DNA from: Podarcis melisellensis
Taxonomy: Eukaryota
Direction: 5' to 3' (one strand)
Assembly (NCBI GenBank): GCA_964234715.1
Contig: OZ174278.1
DNA length: 64,000 bases
Numbering within the stretch: position 1 is the stretch's first letter; every line of letters begins with the position of its first letter. Positions 63,798-64,000 of the stretch are shown here, one piece after another. Made by a program: the position numbers and the translations under genes. The notes beneath the pieces are model-generated. The model searched no databases. It had not been told where the DNA came from and saw only the letters and a program-made list of their open reading frames with translations.

Positions 63798-64000
63798 TTG
63801 TGTGTTCAGACCTTTAAACCATCCCCTTAAATAAATTCAGACAAGACTCAAATTTTTTGTTTGGTTTTTTGGCAGAATTTAGGTCACAACTTTATTGATT
63901 ACAGCACGTGAGTGGTTGAATAGGCTCTGGTTCAACTAGCTCCCTGCACCGTTGCAGGTAGCGCTGACCCAGGGCATCAGCATAGGTCAGCCTTGAACAC
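63798..64000 (-). mobile_element. Retroelement terminal repeat related to 24276-25018 (runs off the window)
   Basis: The minus strand TGTAATCAATAAAGTTGTGACC...TTTATTT..GGGG...CACACAA parallels TGTAACCAATAAAGTTGTGGCC...TTTATTT...GGGG...CACGCAA. Confidence 0.55.

Noticed and set aside
63892-63999. Minus-strand frame CSRLTYADALGQRYLQRCRELVEPEPIQPLTCCNQ* resembling a protein C-terminus with a CaaX-like end
   Set aside because: Its stop overlaps the AATAAAGTTGTG motif of a repeat also present at ~24920, so it lies inside a retroelement terminal repeat. No protein is recognised.

Overview
This is eukaryotic, AT-rich, CpG-depleted non-coding DNA from a squamate reptile, most likely a lacertid lizard (Podarcis/Lacerta-like). 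The evidence is four Sauria/POM-type SINEs, Squam-type SINEs, BovB and lizard-type CR1/L2/L1 remnants. I found no intact protein-coding gene. The ORF track consists of chance ORFs and decayed retroelement coding fragments. The window reads as a large intron or gene desert: transposon-free, enhancer-like blocks interspersed with SINEs, LINE fragments, solo LTRs and TIR MITEs (hAT with 8-bp TSDs, Tc1/mariner-pogo with TA TSDs). I cannot support a wholly new biological system. The four most notable structures are: (1) a 781-bp hAT-type MITE with a perfect 8-bp TSD, inserted in a Sauria SINE and carrying ~600 bp of CpG-island-like cargo that a 147-bp cognate copy 10 kb away lacks (candidate Pack-TIR capture); (2) a Penelope-like insertion forming an 87-bp near-perfect palindrome with a hammerhead-ribozyme core on each strand; (3) a solo LTR nested antisense inside a related LTR and abutted by a TSD-less DIRS/Ngaro-like terminal repeat; (4) one or two candidate 99-nt minus-strand cassette exons bracketed by inverted Sauria SINEs. 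All family names come from motif recognition, not database searches.
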